A stretch of 64,000 nucleotides of DNA, taken from positions 6,794 through 70,793 of the forward strand of contig CAYVNS010000009.1 in the NCBI GenBank assembly GCA_964453225.1, in the 5' to 3' direction. The stretch is from an uncultured Rhodospirillaceae bacterium. GTDB taxonomy: Bacteria > Pseudomonadota > Alphaproteobacteria > UBA9219. Both the position numbers and the translations under genes were made by a program. Below the pieces are notes generated by a model. It saw only the letters and a list, made by a program, of their open reading frames with translations, was not told where the DNA came from and did no database searches. Within the stretch, counting starts at the first letter, position 1, and each line of letters starts with the position of its first letter. Of this stretch, positions 10,874 through 19,981 are shown piece by piece.

Positions 10874-11773
10874 AATCATAAAGCCGAAATCGCGGTTCGC
10901 CTTGAACCGGCGCGCGCAATTTTCACCGTCATCGGGAGTCCATAAGAGCAGCTGCACGGCGATAAAGCAGGCCGCCGCCAGAAGCGCGAAGGCATAGGCA
11001 CGGCTTAACCCCGCCGCCCAGCCCGCCAGCGCGAGGAAGGCGAGCGTTGCGGCGTAAAAGGTCGAAACCCAGCGCGTGGAGCGGTCGCCGAACAAAAGCG
11101 CGGTGGATTTAATGCCCGCCGCTTGATCGTCGCGCTTGTCCTGATGCGCATAGATCGTATCGTACGCCAGCGTCCAGAAGATGCCCGCGATATAGGCAAA
11201 GAGATGCGGCAAGCCGATGCCGCCCGTCACCGCCGTGCTGCCCATGAGAACGCCCCAGTTGAAGGCGAGGCCGAGAAAAAGCTGGGGCCACCAGGTTATG
11301 CGCTTCATCAAGGGATACGCAACGACCAGGACGAGCGACAGGATGCCCATGATGATCGTGGCGCGATTGAAGAGCAGAAGAAGGCCAAGGCCGACGAGCA
11401 GCAGCGCGCCGACGAAAAGAAGCGCTTGCAAAAGGCCGATCTCGCCGCTGGCCAAAGGGCGGGTTTTCGTGCGTTCGACAAGTCGGTCGAGTTTGCGGTC
11501 ATAGATGTCGTTGATCGCGCATCCGGCGCCGCGCATGACCACGGCCCCCAGCGCGAAGAGCAGCATCAGCGCGATATTCGGAAAGCCGGTGGACGCAAAC
11601 GCGACGCCCCACCAGCAGGGAATCAGCAAGAGCCATGTGCCGGCGGGCTTGTCGAGCCGCATCAGGCGGATATAAGGCGAGGCTTTCGAATCGGGAGACG
11701 TAATACCAAAGGCACAATGAAATATACCAAAGGCACAATGAAATGACTCTTTGATGGTTTTTGAAGATTTCAT
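10841..11773 (-). CDS. ubiA: 4-hydroxybenzoate polyprenyltransferase (UbiA family). The likely true start is the internal Met at 11662 (MRLDKPAGTW...).
   Basis: UbiA motif GCAINDIYDRKLD with multiple TM helices. The 5' 110 nt of the ORF call contains a perfect 21-bp tandem duplication and is probably upstream of the true start. The 3' end overlaps rsmB convergently by 33 bp. Confidence 0.85.
   Translation of the reverse strand: MKSSKTIKESFHCAFGIFHCAFGITSPDSKASPYIRLMRLDKPAGTWLLLIPCWWGVAFASTGFPNIALMLLFALGAVVMRGAGCAINDIYDRKLDRLVERTKTRPLASGEIGLLQALLFVGALLLVGLGLLLLFNRATIIMGILSLVLVVAYPLMKRITWWPQLFLGLAFNWGVLMGSTAVTGGIGLPHLFAYIAGIFWTLAYDTIYAHQDKRDDQAAGIKSTALLFGDRSTRWVSTFYAATLAFLALAGWAAGLSRAYAFALLAAACFIAVQLLLWTPDDGENCARRFKANRDFGFMILIGIILGKVF
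11703..11744. repeat. Perfect 2 x 21-bp tandem direct repeat (ataccaaaggcacaatgaaat)
   Basis: Seen directly: units at 11703-11723 and 11724-11744. It lies just upstream of the likely ubiA start. Confidence 0.9.
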
Positions 11774-11777
11774 AGTG

Positions 11778-11821
11778 CTTCCGCCGCATAAGCGGCGGCC
11801 TCGGCGGTCGCCTCGGATACC
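11778..11821. repeat. REP-like element, family 5 (cttccgccgcataagcggcggcctcggcRgtcgcctcggatacc)
   Basis: Near-identical 43-bp copy at 32806-32848. Contains the hairpin ccgccgc-ataa-gcggcgg. Confidence 0.7.
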
Positions 11822-11937
11822 GGCGGCAACTGTTTTGGATGGTTTCGTTGTGCCGCCCGTATAACGCGGGTCAAAAAATCTTTCGCGCTAAGCCAGAAGG
11901 CCTTTCCTTGCTGGGCGAGGCCGCGGGCGGGCTTCAT

Positions 11938-12456
11938 TCATCGGCCTTTCCTGAAGGCGACGCGATCCTCGTCGCAAAGCGGCGCGTAGGCCTTGCCGGC
12001 TTGTTCCAAAAGCCGTTCTTCGTTCTCCACTTCCTGGGCCGTTGCGATCCGATAGCGAACCACCTTATCGCGATAGGCGGCGCAGAACTGAGGGGAGGTC
12101 ATCGTCGCCGCCTTTTGCCCGTATTCATTGGCAAGCTTTGTGCGCAGGTGGTCGAGGTGCCTTACCGAGTTTCCCTTAAGCGTCGCCTTGTAATAAGCCA
12201 TCATCGTTTGTTCGGCGTCGCGCAGCGTGTCGATGTGTTTGTTCGTAAACGCGCTGTACGCCTGCGGCAGGGGCTGGCCCGTCGAGCCTTTGCGGCAGAC
12301 GGCCGTGATAACCATCAGCTCGGAATGAAGGCGCAGCAGCTGTTCGGCGCGCATTTCCTCGGGCGTATAGCATGTGGGCGCCGAAGAGGCGGGAACGGCA
12401 TGGGCGGCAAGAACGGCGGCCAAAACACACCGCGCGCAAAGCGAACGAAACAACAT
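11938..12456 (-). CDS. Hypothetical secreted protein
   Basis: 172-aa ORF with an N-terminal signal peptide MLFRSLCARCVLAAVLAAHAVPASSA and four Cys residues; no family assigned. Confidence 0.5.
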   Translation of the reverse strand: MLFRSLCARCVLAAVLAAHAVPASSAPTCYTPEEMRAEQLLRLHSELMVITAVCRKGSTGQPLPQAYSAFTNKHIDTLRDAEQTMMAYYKATLKGNSVRHLDHLRTKLANEYGQKAATMTSPQFCAAYRDKVVRYRIATAQEVENEERLLEQAGKAYAPLCDEDRVAFRKGR

Positions 12457-12579
12457 AATTTTCCTCGGCTTTCTTTCGTTTGACGCGCTGGGGATCGAAA
12501 AACATAAGCTTCCATCCCGGGAGTCGTAAGGCTAGCATATCCGCGCCTTGTCTGTCGCGTCAATCCAAAGAAGGACGTT

Positions 12580-13398
12580 ATGCACTTTACACCCGAAAAC
12601 GCGGAAATAATCTTGCGCCTTGTGGACGACTTATTGAAGAAAAATGAGTCCGCGCCCGTTCGGCTGAACAAATTATGGTGGCATTTGCTTTTTTCCCGCG
12701 CGCGACAACTCGCAAGCGGCCTGCGCGAGATTGTCGGCGACAAGGTCTATGACGGCCCTTTTAAGGGCATGCTTTTGATTGAGGAGGCTTTGCGGATTTA
12801 TCACGCGCCGGTTCTTCTGGGTTGCTATGAACAGGAACTGCACGCCGTTTTCGAGCACGTGATCGGGGAAGGCTATGGCCGCGTGGTGAATGTCGGCTGC
12901 TCCGTCGGCTATTACGCCGTGGGGCTCGCGCGCCGCCTGCCGGAAGCGATCGTTGAGGCTTTCGATATCGATGCCGACGCGAGGAAAAACTGCGCCCATC
13001 TGGCAGAGCGGAACGGCGTTGCGGATCGCTTGCGTATCGGCGGCCAGTTTTATGGCGAGGATTTTGAAAAATACGCAGCCGAAAAAACCTTGTTTCTGGT
13101 CGACATCGAAGGCGCGGAAAAAGAACTGCTGAATCCTGCAAGGCATCCCGCCCTGCAAAAGGCGGATCTCATCGTCGAAATGCATGACTATTTGGATTCG
13201 GAAATCTCGAAAACGCTTCGCGACCGCTTTGCCGCAACGCATGACATCGAGATCATAAAGAACCGCGCGATGCTGCCGGATATGAGCGGCCTTGTTTCAC
13301 CGGATATGTATGTGGATCCCCTGGATCACTTTCTGCTGGCCTGGGAAGGGCGGGATGGACCGACCCCATGGGGCGTTTTCAAGAAAAAACCAAAATAA
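12580..13398 (+). CDS. FkbM-family SAM-dependent methyltransferase (putative)
   Basis: VNVGCSVGYYAVGLARRLP glycine-rich SAM motif and FLVDIEGAEKELL, which resembles the FkbM MDIEGAE signature. Confidence 0.55.
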   Translation: MHFTPENAEIILRLVDDLLKKNESAPVRLNKLWWHLLFSRARQLASGLREIVGDKVYDGPFKGMLLIEEALRIYHAPVLLGCYEQELHAVFEHVIGEGYGRVVNVGCSVGYYAVGLARRLPEAIVEAFDIDADARKNCAHLAERNGVADRLRIGGQFYGEDFEKYAAEKTLFLVDIEGAEKELLNPARHPALQKADLIVEMHDYLDSEISKTLRDRFAATHDIEIIKNRAMLPDMSGLVSPDMYVDPLDHFLLAWEGRDGPTPWGVFKKKPK

Positions 13399-13424
13399 CA
13401 ATAGGATAATAAAAAAACAAAAAA

Positions 13425-13439
13425 GAACAAAGAAAGAAC
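13425..13439 (+). promoter_or_regulatory. LexA (SOS) box, alphaproteobacterial type GAAC-N7-GAAC, upstream of recA
   Basis: Exact GAACaaagaaaGAAC, seen directly. A second imperfect box GAACaaaacagAAAC lies at 13466-13480. Both sit in the A-rich recA leader. Confidence 0.7.
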
Positions 13440-13465
13440 TTGTCAGGGCGCCGGGGGCATGATAA

Positions 13466-13480
13466 GAACAAAACAGAAAC
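13466..13480 (+). promoter_or_regulatory. Second, imperfect LexA-like box (GAAC-N7-AAAC)
   Basis: GAACaaaacagAAAC, 27 bp downstream of the perfect box. Confidence 0.4.
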
Positions 13481-13531
13481 AAACCGACCGTTCCTCTCGC
13501 CCCTCGTTCCTGCTAAGCAAAGGAGTTTTTC

Positions 13532-14623
13532 ATGAGCGCCGCCCGTTCTCATCTTCACGTTGTCGACAAAAAAGAAGGTAAGGAAATGAACCCCGATCGC
13601 CAAAAAGCTTTGGATGCCGCCTTAAGCCAGATCGAACGGGCTTTCGGAAATGGCTCGGTCATGAAGCTGGGCGCCAAGGCGGCGGCCACCGAAATTGAGA
13701 CTATTTCCACGGGCTCTCTCGGCCTCGATATCGCGCTCGGGATCGGCGGCTTGCCGCGCGGCCGCATTGTTGAAATTTACGGGCCCGAAAGCTCGGGCAA
13801 GACGACGCTGGCCTTGCATGTGATTGCCCAAGCCCAAAAGGCGGGCGGAACATGCGCCTTTGTCGACGCCGAACATGCGCTGGATCCCATTTATGCGCGC
13901 AAGCTGGGCGTGCAGATCGAGGACTTGCTGATTTCGCAGCCCGATGCGGGCGAACAGGCGCTGGAGATTGCCGATACGCTTGTGCGCTCGGGCGCGATTG
14001 ACGTTTTGGTCGTTGATTCGGTGGCCGCCCTCGTGCCGCGCGCCGAACTCGAAGGCGAGATGGGCGATAGCCACATGGGCTTGCAGGCGCGCCTGATGAG
14101 CCAGGCTTTGCGCAAACTGACGGGCTCGATTTCCAAATCGCGGTGCATGGTGATTTTCATCAATCAGATTCGCATGAAGATCGGCGTGATGTTCGGCAAT
14201 CCCGAGACGACGACCGGCGGCAACGCGCTGAAATTCTACGCGTCCGTGCGCCTCGATATTCGCCGCATCGGCGCGATCAAGGAGCGGGAAAACATCGTGG
14301 GCAACCAGACGCGCGTGAAGGTCGTGAAAAACAAGCTCGCGCCGCCTTTCCGGACGGTGGAATTCGATATCATGTACGGCGAGGGCATTTCCAAAGTCGG
14401 CGAGCTGGTCGATCTTGGCGCGCAGGCGAGCGTCGTTGAAAAGTCGGGCGCCTGGTTCTCTTACGACGGCCAGCGCATAGGCCAGGGCCGCGAGAACGCC
14501 AAGCAATACTTGCGCGACAACCCTGAAACCGCGGTCGCTATCGAACAGAAGGTACGCGCGAACGCCGGCCTTGTGGCGGGCGCAATGCTGGGCGGCGAAG
14601 AGGGAGACGGGGAGGACGCGTAG
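13532..14623 (+). CDS. recA: Recombinase RecA (start probably at the internal Met at 13583, [13 protein letters not shown]...)
   Basis: Walker [10 protein letters not shown] and the full RecA core ...[37 protein letters not shown].... Confidence 0.95.
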   Translation: MSAARSHLHVVDKKEGKEMNPDRQKALDAALSQIERAFGNGSVMKLGAKAAATEIETISTGSLGLDIALGIGGLPRGRIVEIYGPESSGKTTLALHVIAQAQKAGGTCAFVDAEHALDPIYARKLGVQIEDLLISQPDAGEQALEIADTLVRSGAIDVLVVDSVAALVPRAELEGEMGDSHMGLQARLMSQALRKLTGSISKSRCMVIFINQIRMKIGVMFGNPETTTGGNALKFYASVRLDIRRIGAIKERENIVGNQTRVKVVKNKLAPPFRTVEFDIMYGEGISKVGELVDLGAQASVVEKSGAWFSYDGQRIGQGRENAKQYLRDNPETAVAIEQKVRANAGLVAGAMLGGEEGDGEDA

Positions 14624-14643
14624 CCACAGGTTTAGGTCCACGT

Positions 14644-14683
14644 GGGAGTGATTTGCAGGTCCCCAATCCCCAAAATCACTCCC
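14644..14683 (+). terminator. Hairpin downstream of recA (possible terminator)
   Basis: Arms gggagtgatttg / caaaatcactccc are followed by the T-rich ataatttcttttgg. The loop is long (15 nt), so this is weak. Confidence 0.3.
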
Positions 14684-14780
14684 ATAATTTCTTTTGGCGG
14701 GCGGGACGGAACCCGATTTGATATTCTGATTCTTACCAATCCCCGATCAAAGACTCCATTGTTGAAAGATCACCCAAGAT

Positions 14781-14817
14781 CACCCCCACCCAACCCTCCC
14801 CCATCAAGGGGGAGGGC
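14781..14817. repeat. REP-like element, family 1 (cacccccaYccMMcCYtCCCCCATCRAGGGGGAGGG)
   Basis: Hairpin ccctccccc-atcaa-gggggaggg. Related copies at 24204-24242 and 42321-42362, and a fragment at 24471-24497. Confidence 0.7.
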
Positions 14818-14868
14818 TTTGCTTTCGGGTTCTTCTGGTTCAGTTTGATCCGTGATTGGCATCATAAG

Positions 14869-14923
14869 TAACCAAATCGGATTCCGCATCTCGGCACGCT
14901 ATCGCGCACCTCGTGCGGAATGA
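14869..14923. repeat. REP-like element, family 2 (accaaatcggattccgc...cgtgcggaatgacg)
   Basis: Inverted arms ggattccgc/gcggaatga. The 17-mer accaaatcggattccgc recurs at 19055-19071. Related units at 18968-19028 and 24329-24391. Confidence 0.55.
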
Positions 14924-15030
14924 CGTTATCTTGTTGTTTTGGACTCGCTCTTACTTGTGATGGGACGCTATGCCATACACGGCTCATTCCATAATTGGCA
15001 TTTGTGCGAGGCCACTGTACCCGACCCGTT

Positions 15031-17106
15031 TTAGCGGAAGAGCGCGGAAAAAAATACGCGCAGGAGGGCGGCGCAAATCAGGATAATCGCAAGGAAGGTG
15101 CTGATGGACGCGGCCAAGGGCTTCCCGGCCGCCCGAATGACGCTTTCGCGGTTATTGATCCTGGCTTCAAGGCCGATGATTTCCTTTTGAATATTCAGAT
15201 ACAGAAGGCGTGCGGCATGAAAATCCTGCTGATCGCGCGTGATCCGCTTGGGGTTATCGATGAGTTGCAAGAGCAGGGACAAATTTCCGCCGGCTATGAT
15301 CTCATTGGCTTTCCTTTGAATATCGGCGCGCATGTTTTTGCTGAGAAAGCGGCGCGTTGCGGGTTCGACGACGAACGACAGCCACGACGCCAGATGCGGC
15401 AGGTTTTCCGGCCCGTTGCGGTATTGCATTTCGGCCAGCAAAGTTAAAATGGCAAGGCCGCGCGCGACCGAGCCTTCCGGCAAACTCATGGGAATAAAGA
15501 TGGATTCGGAGCGTCTTTCGCGCGCGATTAGAAAAGCGGCGATATGGCGATCCATGGGTTCGCGCGAGCGGTTGCCGCTTGCCGCGATGCGTTCAAGCGC
15601 GGGCAAAAGGAGTTTAGGCGAGGTCACATACTGCTGGCGCAGCATCGGGCTGAGGCAGGGCAGGCCGGGATTGGCCTCGTAGAGCACGCGCTCGAGCCCG
15701 TTGCCGAAGGATGTTTTTTCCACAATGTTCTTGAGCCGCTCGAACAGCTGGCTCAGCGTAACGTAATCGACTTTGGATTCCCGCTGCATGCGAATCCAGA
15801 CGATGACAAGTTCGCTGGAAATGATTTCGGACAGCACTTGCGTGTTGGCGCCGTTGAGCGTGGCGTCGACCAGCATCGTAGCGATGCCGGCGGGCATGAT
15901 GGACAGCCCGCGGTAATGAATGGGGCCCGTGCAATCCAGCGCGATGCAAACGCGGGCGACAAGCTGGTCTTCGTAATGCGAGGTCTTGCCGCTTTGCTTC
16001 AAGTCCGCGATCACGGTTTCGAGGTCTTTGGCGCGCTCTTTATCGTTCAGCGCGCGCCGCAGCCATTTGTTCAGGGATTCGTTTTCGATAACCTTGGTCG
16101 CTTCGGTCGGGTTGGCGGCCAAGGCAAGGGCTAACGGCGCGATTTGCCAGTATTCCTTGTCCATAAAGCTGAAATGCCGCGCGGCGCGGCGTCCCGCATC
16201 GGAGCTTTTGGGCGTCATGCGCCTGCCGCTGAGCCATTGGTCGAGATCCGTCGATGTCCAGCGCTGCGCCGCGTCGTCGGCCAGAAGGCCGCGCAGGATT
16301 TCAATGTGCGACGGCAAGAGCCGGCGCGCGCCGATAATCGTGCCGAAACTGCCGCGCTGCATTTTCATGTCGATGATGGTTTTATCGTCCATGCCGCGCA
16401 AGGGATTGCCGCCCAGCACAAGGAAGGCCAGCGAGACGCCGAACGCGTAGCAGTCGTCTGCATGGCTGCCAACGCCGCGGCCGATCGGCAACGCGAGCGC
16501 CCGTTCGACGGGTTCGAACGCGACCGGTTGCCCGAGGCCGGCGGGAGTCGACAGGCATTCGCCGATTTGCGGCGGGACGGCGGTGCCGAGGCGCCAAAAG
16601 ATATTGGTTGGCCGGATCGAATTATGAACGATGCCCGCCGCGCTTAGGGAAAGAAGCGCGCTGATCATCGGGGCGATGAAATGCCGGTTGATCGAATCTT
16701 CGCCCAGTATCGCGCAGCTGTCATCGAGATGGGCAAGCATGCGCGGCGCTGTCGGTTTCTGGTAAATGAGGGCGTACGCGCGCGCGCCGTCCAGCCACGG
16801 CACGACCCCCGCGTCGATGAGGCGCAACAGGCTGGGGTTGTCGATCGACCGCGACGCCTGGACGCTTTCGATGCGCGGCGGAATGCCGGAGGTGCAAACG
16901 ACGGCATAGAGATTCGACGAGGCGTCGGACCGGTAACGCGCCACATAGGCCTGCCCCCCGGAACTGTTAAGCTCCGGCAGGGGCATCGCGGGGAATATCT
17001 CGATCTGCCCCAGCTGAACGCTGGCGGAAGACGTTATCTGGGCATTTTCAAAGACCATCGAGGACAGACGGACAGGAGGGACAAACGACGGATCATAATC
17101 CCGCAT
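15031..17106 (-). CDS. Tail-anchored membrane protein with an N-terminal Hanks-type protein-kinase-like domain that is predicted catalytically inactive (pseudokinase)
   Basis: Degenerate glycine loop SSGGQAYVARY. The VAIK Lys is replaced (LYAVVCTS). The catalytic loop HRDLKPEN reads HNSIRPTNIFW (Asp to Ser). No DFG motif is present (GECLSTPAG). Subdomain IX-like DDCYAFGVSLAFLVLGGNPL is retained. About 350 aa of helical region follow, and there is a single C-terminal TM helix LAASISTFLAIILICAALLRVFF. Confidence 0.7.
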   Translation of the reverse strand: MRDYDPSFVPPVRLSSMVFENAQITSSASVQLGQIEIFPAMPLPELNSSGGQAYVARYRSDASSNLYAVVCTSGIPPRIESVQASRSIDNPSLLRLIDAGVVPWLDGARAYALIYQKPTAPRMLAHLDDSCAILGEDSINRHFIAPMISALLSLSAAGIVHNSIRPTNIFWRLGTAVPPQIGECLSTPAGLGQPVAFEPVERALALPIGRGVGSHADDCYAFGVSLAFLVLGGNPLRGMDDKTIIDMKMQRGSFGTIIGARRLLPSHIEILRGLLADDAAQRWTSTDLDQWLSGRRMTPKSSDAGRRAARHFSFMDKEYWQIAPLALALAANPTEATKVIENESLNKWLRRALNDKERAKDLETVIADLKQSGKTSHYEDQLVARVCIALDCTGPIHYRGLSIMPAGIATMLVDATLNGANTQVLSEIISSELVIVWIRMQRESKVDYVTLSQLFERLKNIVEKTSFGNGLERVLYEANPGLPCLSPMLRQQYVTSPKLLLPALERIAASGNRSREPMDRHIAAFLIARERRSESIFIPMSLPEGSVARGLAILTLLAEMQYRNGPENLPHLASWLSFVVEPATRRFLSKNMRADIQRKANEIIAGGNLSLLLQLIDNPKRITRDQQDFHAARLLYLNIQKEIIGLEARINNRESVIRAAGKPLAASISTFLAIILICAALLRVFFSALFR

Positions 17107-17410
17107 CGTGAAGGAGGGAAGCGCCTTCCTTGGGGCGGGGTTTGACCGGCGCTTTTCGGGGGAAGCGTTTTTATACCCTCAATGAAAGCCGTCACGCCGT
17201 TTGGCCTCCGCGCCGTTGATGTTATATCTTGTTGATGGGCTTGTCTTTCTGCGGCAAACGCTGCCCGCAACCGCTCGGGATCGGCGCGTCACTTTCCTGG
17301 TTCGCGGCCTTCCTTTCCATGAAATTAAAATAAGGCTTTACCTCGTGCCGTTTATCACACTATATATTCCCGCCATTAATCGAAAACCGATCACCGAAGG
17401 GTATCTCGAT

Positions 17411-18874
17411 ATGGCGCAACTCCGTGAAGCTCTGACATTTGACGATGTGCTGCTGGTGCCTCAGGCATCAAGCGTGCTGCCGGCCGACGTGCAAACGGCG
17501 ACAAGGCTGACGCGCACCATCCCCTTGGGCATTCCCCTTCTTTCCGCCGCCATGGACACCGTTACCGAAAGCCGCCTTGCCATCGCCATGGCGCAGGCGG
17601 GCGGCATCGGCGTGCTTCATCGCAATATGACGGTCGCCGAACAGGCCGAGGAAGTGCGGCGCGTCAAGCGCTTCGAGGCGGGCATGGTCGTCAACCCCAT
17701 CACGATGGGCCCGGCCGCGCCGTTGGCCGATGCGCTTCGGCTTATGGCGGAGAACAGCATTTCGGGCATTCCCGTTGTCGAGCAGCCTTCGGGCAAGCTG
17801 GTGGGCATCATAACGAACCGCGACGTGCGCTTTGCCGAAAACAGGCAGCAGCCCGTTTCGGAGCTTATGACGAAGGAGCTGGTCAGCGTTCGCGAGGGCG
17901 TGAGCAACGAAGAAGCCAAGGCGCTGTTGCACAAGCATCGCATCGAGAAGCTTCTGGTCGTGGACGACGCCTATCGGTGCATCGGGCTGATCACCGTCAA
18001 GGATATGGAAAAAGCGCAGGCTTTTCCGTCCTCGTGCAAGGATGAAAAAGGCCGCCTTCGCGCCGCCGCCGCCATCGGCACGGGCGCGGACGGCGTCGCG
18101 CGCGCCGAGGCTCTTTTGGAGGCCAGCGTCGACGTGATCGTCGTCGATACCGCGCACGGGCATTCATCGCGCGTGTTGCAGCAGGTCCGTGAGGTTCGCA
18201 AGCGGTCGTCCGCCGTTCAGATTATCGCCGGGAATATCGCCACCGGCGATGCCGCCCAAGCGTTGATCGACGAAGGCGCGGACGCCGTCAAGGTGGGGAT
18301 CGGCCCCGGTTCGATCTGCACGACGCGCATTGTCGCGGGCGTCGGCGTGCCGCAATTAACCGCCATTAGCGACGTGGCCGAAGCCTGCAAAAAGCAGGGC
18401 GTTCCTGTGATCGCCGACGGCGGCATTCGCTATTCGGGCGAAATCGCCAAGGCCATCGCGGCGGGCGCGGATGCCGTCATGATGGGCTCGATGTTCGCCG
18501 GTACGGACGAGGCGCCGGGCGACGTGATTATGTATCAGGGGCGTTCGTACAAAGCCTATCGCGGCATGGGCAGCGTGGGCGCCATGGCCGGCGGCTCGGC
18601 GGATCGCTATTTCCAGAAGCTCGACAGCGATCCCGGCAAGCTCGTTCCCGAAGGCATTGAAGGCCGCGTTCCCTACAAGGGGCCCGTGCAGAGCATTATT
18701 CATCAGCTGATGGGCGGCTTGCGCGCGGCGATGGGCTATACGGGATCGGCCACGGTTGCGGATATGCAAAGCCGCGCCACGTTCGTGCGCATCACCGGCG
18801 CGGGCTTGCGCGAAAGCCACGTGCACGATGTGCAGATAACGGCCGAGGCCCCGAATTATTGGGTTGAGGAGTAA
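17411..18874 (+). CDS. guaB: Inosine-5'-monophosphate dehydrogenase
   Basis: [18 protein letters not shown]..., tandem CBS domains, and the catalytic Cys loop [11 protein letters not shown]. Confidence 0.95.
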   Translation: MAQLREALTFDDVLLVPQASSVLPADVQTATRLTRTIPLGIPLLSAAMDTVTESRLAIAMAQAGGIGVLHRNMTVAEQAEEVRRVKRFEAGMVVNPITMGPAAPLADALRLMAENSISGIPVVEQPSGKLVGIITNRDVRFAENRQQPVSELMTKELVSVREGVSNEEAKALLHKHRIEKLLVVDDAYRCIGLITVKDMEKAQAFPSSCKDEKGRLRAAAAIGTGADGVARAEALLEASVDVIVVDTAHGHSSRVLQQVREVRKRSSAVQIIAGNIATGDAAQALIDEGADAVKVGIGPGSICTTRIVAGVGVPQLTAISDVAEACKKQGVPVIADGGIRYSGEIAKAIAAGADAVMMGSMFAGTDEAPGDVIMYQGRSYKAYRGMGSVGAMAGGSADRYFQKLDSDPGKLVPEGIEGRVPYKGPVQSIIHQLMGGLRAAMGYTGSATVADMQSRATFVRITGAGLRESHVHDVQITAEAPNYWVEE

Positions 18875-18879
18875 GTTCA

Positions 18880-19150
18880 GACGATCTTGGGCTGGCGCGA
18901 ATTTATGCGGAATGACGGTTTGTCTATAACAGCGCATAAACAGGCTTTAACATTTCTTATGGTGAGGCCATCTGGATTCCGGGCTCCGCTGCTTCGCAGC
19001 GGCCCCGGAATGACACCGCAAGATGAGGCGCAGTCCAGAAACGACTTAAAAAATCACCAAATCGGATTCCGCCCCGCCTTCGCCCAGGCTTCGGTGGTCG
19101 CGGGCATGACGAGAGTAGCCCCTAGCCCCCAGCCCCTAACTCCTAGCCTT
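18880..19150. repeat. Mosaic repeat-rich intergenic region containing units of families 2, 3 and 4
   Basis: acgatcttgggctg (shared with 40083-40096); family-2 hairpin ccatctggattccgggctccgctg-cttcg-cagcggccccggaatgac; the 17-mer aatcaccaaatcggattccgc; family-3 unit ccgccttcgcccaggcttcggtggtcgcgggcatgacgagagtag; short direct repeats cccctagcccccagcccctaactcctagcc. Confidence 0.6.
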
Positions 19151-19152
19151 CC

Positions 19153-19842
19153 CTAAAAATCCAGATTGGCGTAATGGGGCGGCGGGGGGAAGCCCGCGAT
19201 ATGATCGCCCAGAATGCCGCGGAAAGAGGGCCGGGATTTGAGGCGCGCGTACCATTCCTTGGCGATGGGAAAGGCGTTCCACGGCACATCGCCCAAGTAA
19301 TCGATAATCGACAAATGCGCGCCCGCGGCAAGATCGGCCAAGGTCAAGGCGTCGCCCGACAGCCAGTTCCGCCGTTCGGTCAGCCACCCGATATACTCCA
19401 GATGCCCTTTGATATTCATGCACGCGGCGCGGATGAGGGTGCTGTCCGGCTCGCCGCCGCGGCCGCACAAGCGTTTGACCGCTTTTTCGCCGACAAGCAG
19501 CTCGGTGACTTCCTTGTGCATCTTGCGGTCAAACCACGCGATAAGCCGGCGGGTTTCGGCGCGTTCCAGCGGCGTGCGTCCCAAAAGGGTTCCCGTATGG
19601 GTTTCATCGAGATATTCGCAGATCGCCTGCCCGTCGATGACGATTTGCTTCTCGCCTCCCGCATCGACGATAAGGACGGGCACCTCGCCCGCGGGATTCA
19701 GCGCGCGCAAGGCGGCGCTCGGCTCCCACGGTTTTTCGAGGACCAGCGAGGCGGAAACCCCTCGTTCAGCCAAGGCAAGCCGGATGCGCCTGGAGGCGGG
19801 ATCGAAGGGGTGGTGGTAGAGGAGATATTGAGCGGTAGCCAT
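19153..19842 (-). CDS. gst: Glutathione S-transferase
   Basis: MATAQYLLYHHPFDPASRRIRLALAERGV... thioredoxin-like N-domain plus a GST C-domain. Start taken at the Met at 19842. Confidence 0.85.
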   Translation of the reverse strand: MATAQYLLYHHPFDPASRRIRLALAERGVSASLVLEKPWEPSAALRALNPAGEVPVLIVDAGGEKQIVIDGQAICEYLDETHTGTLLGRTPLERAETRRLIAWFDRKMHKEVTELLVGEKAVKRLCGRGGEPDSTLIRAACMNIKGHLEYIGWLTERRNWLSGDALTLADLAAGAHLSIIDYLGDVPWNAFPIAKEWYARLKSRPSFRGILGDHIAGFPPPPHYANLDF

Positions 19843-19981
19843 AAACCACACGGGTACCATGCCTTGACCAAAAAGGCCAGAAGGAGCGTAAAAAACGGCC
19901 CCTTTTTTTGCAGGAGGAAAAGGCTGGACATAATCATGGGCCACGGTAAACATCGGTGGTTCCCTTTCAGGATTTCCCGTT

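Noticed and set aside
13297-13530. A-rich low-complexity tract (aaaaaaacaaaaaagaacaaagaaagaac...) that could be mistaken for a mobile-element remnant or poly-A insertion
   Set aside because: It contains the recA SOS boxes and sits exactly where the recA promoter and leader should be, so I interpret it as regulatory DNA rather than foreign DNA.
14781-14817. GGGGGAGGG / CCCTCCCCC runs as potential G-quadruplex or i-motif formers
   Set aside because: Only two to three G-tracts are present per copy and they are arranged as a perfect inverted repeat. A hairpin/REP interpretation is simpler; a quadruplex needs four tracts.
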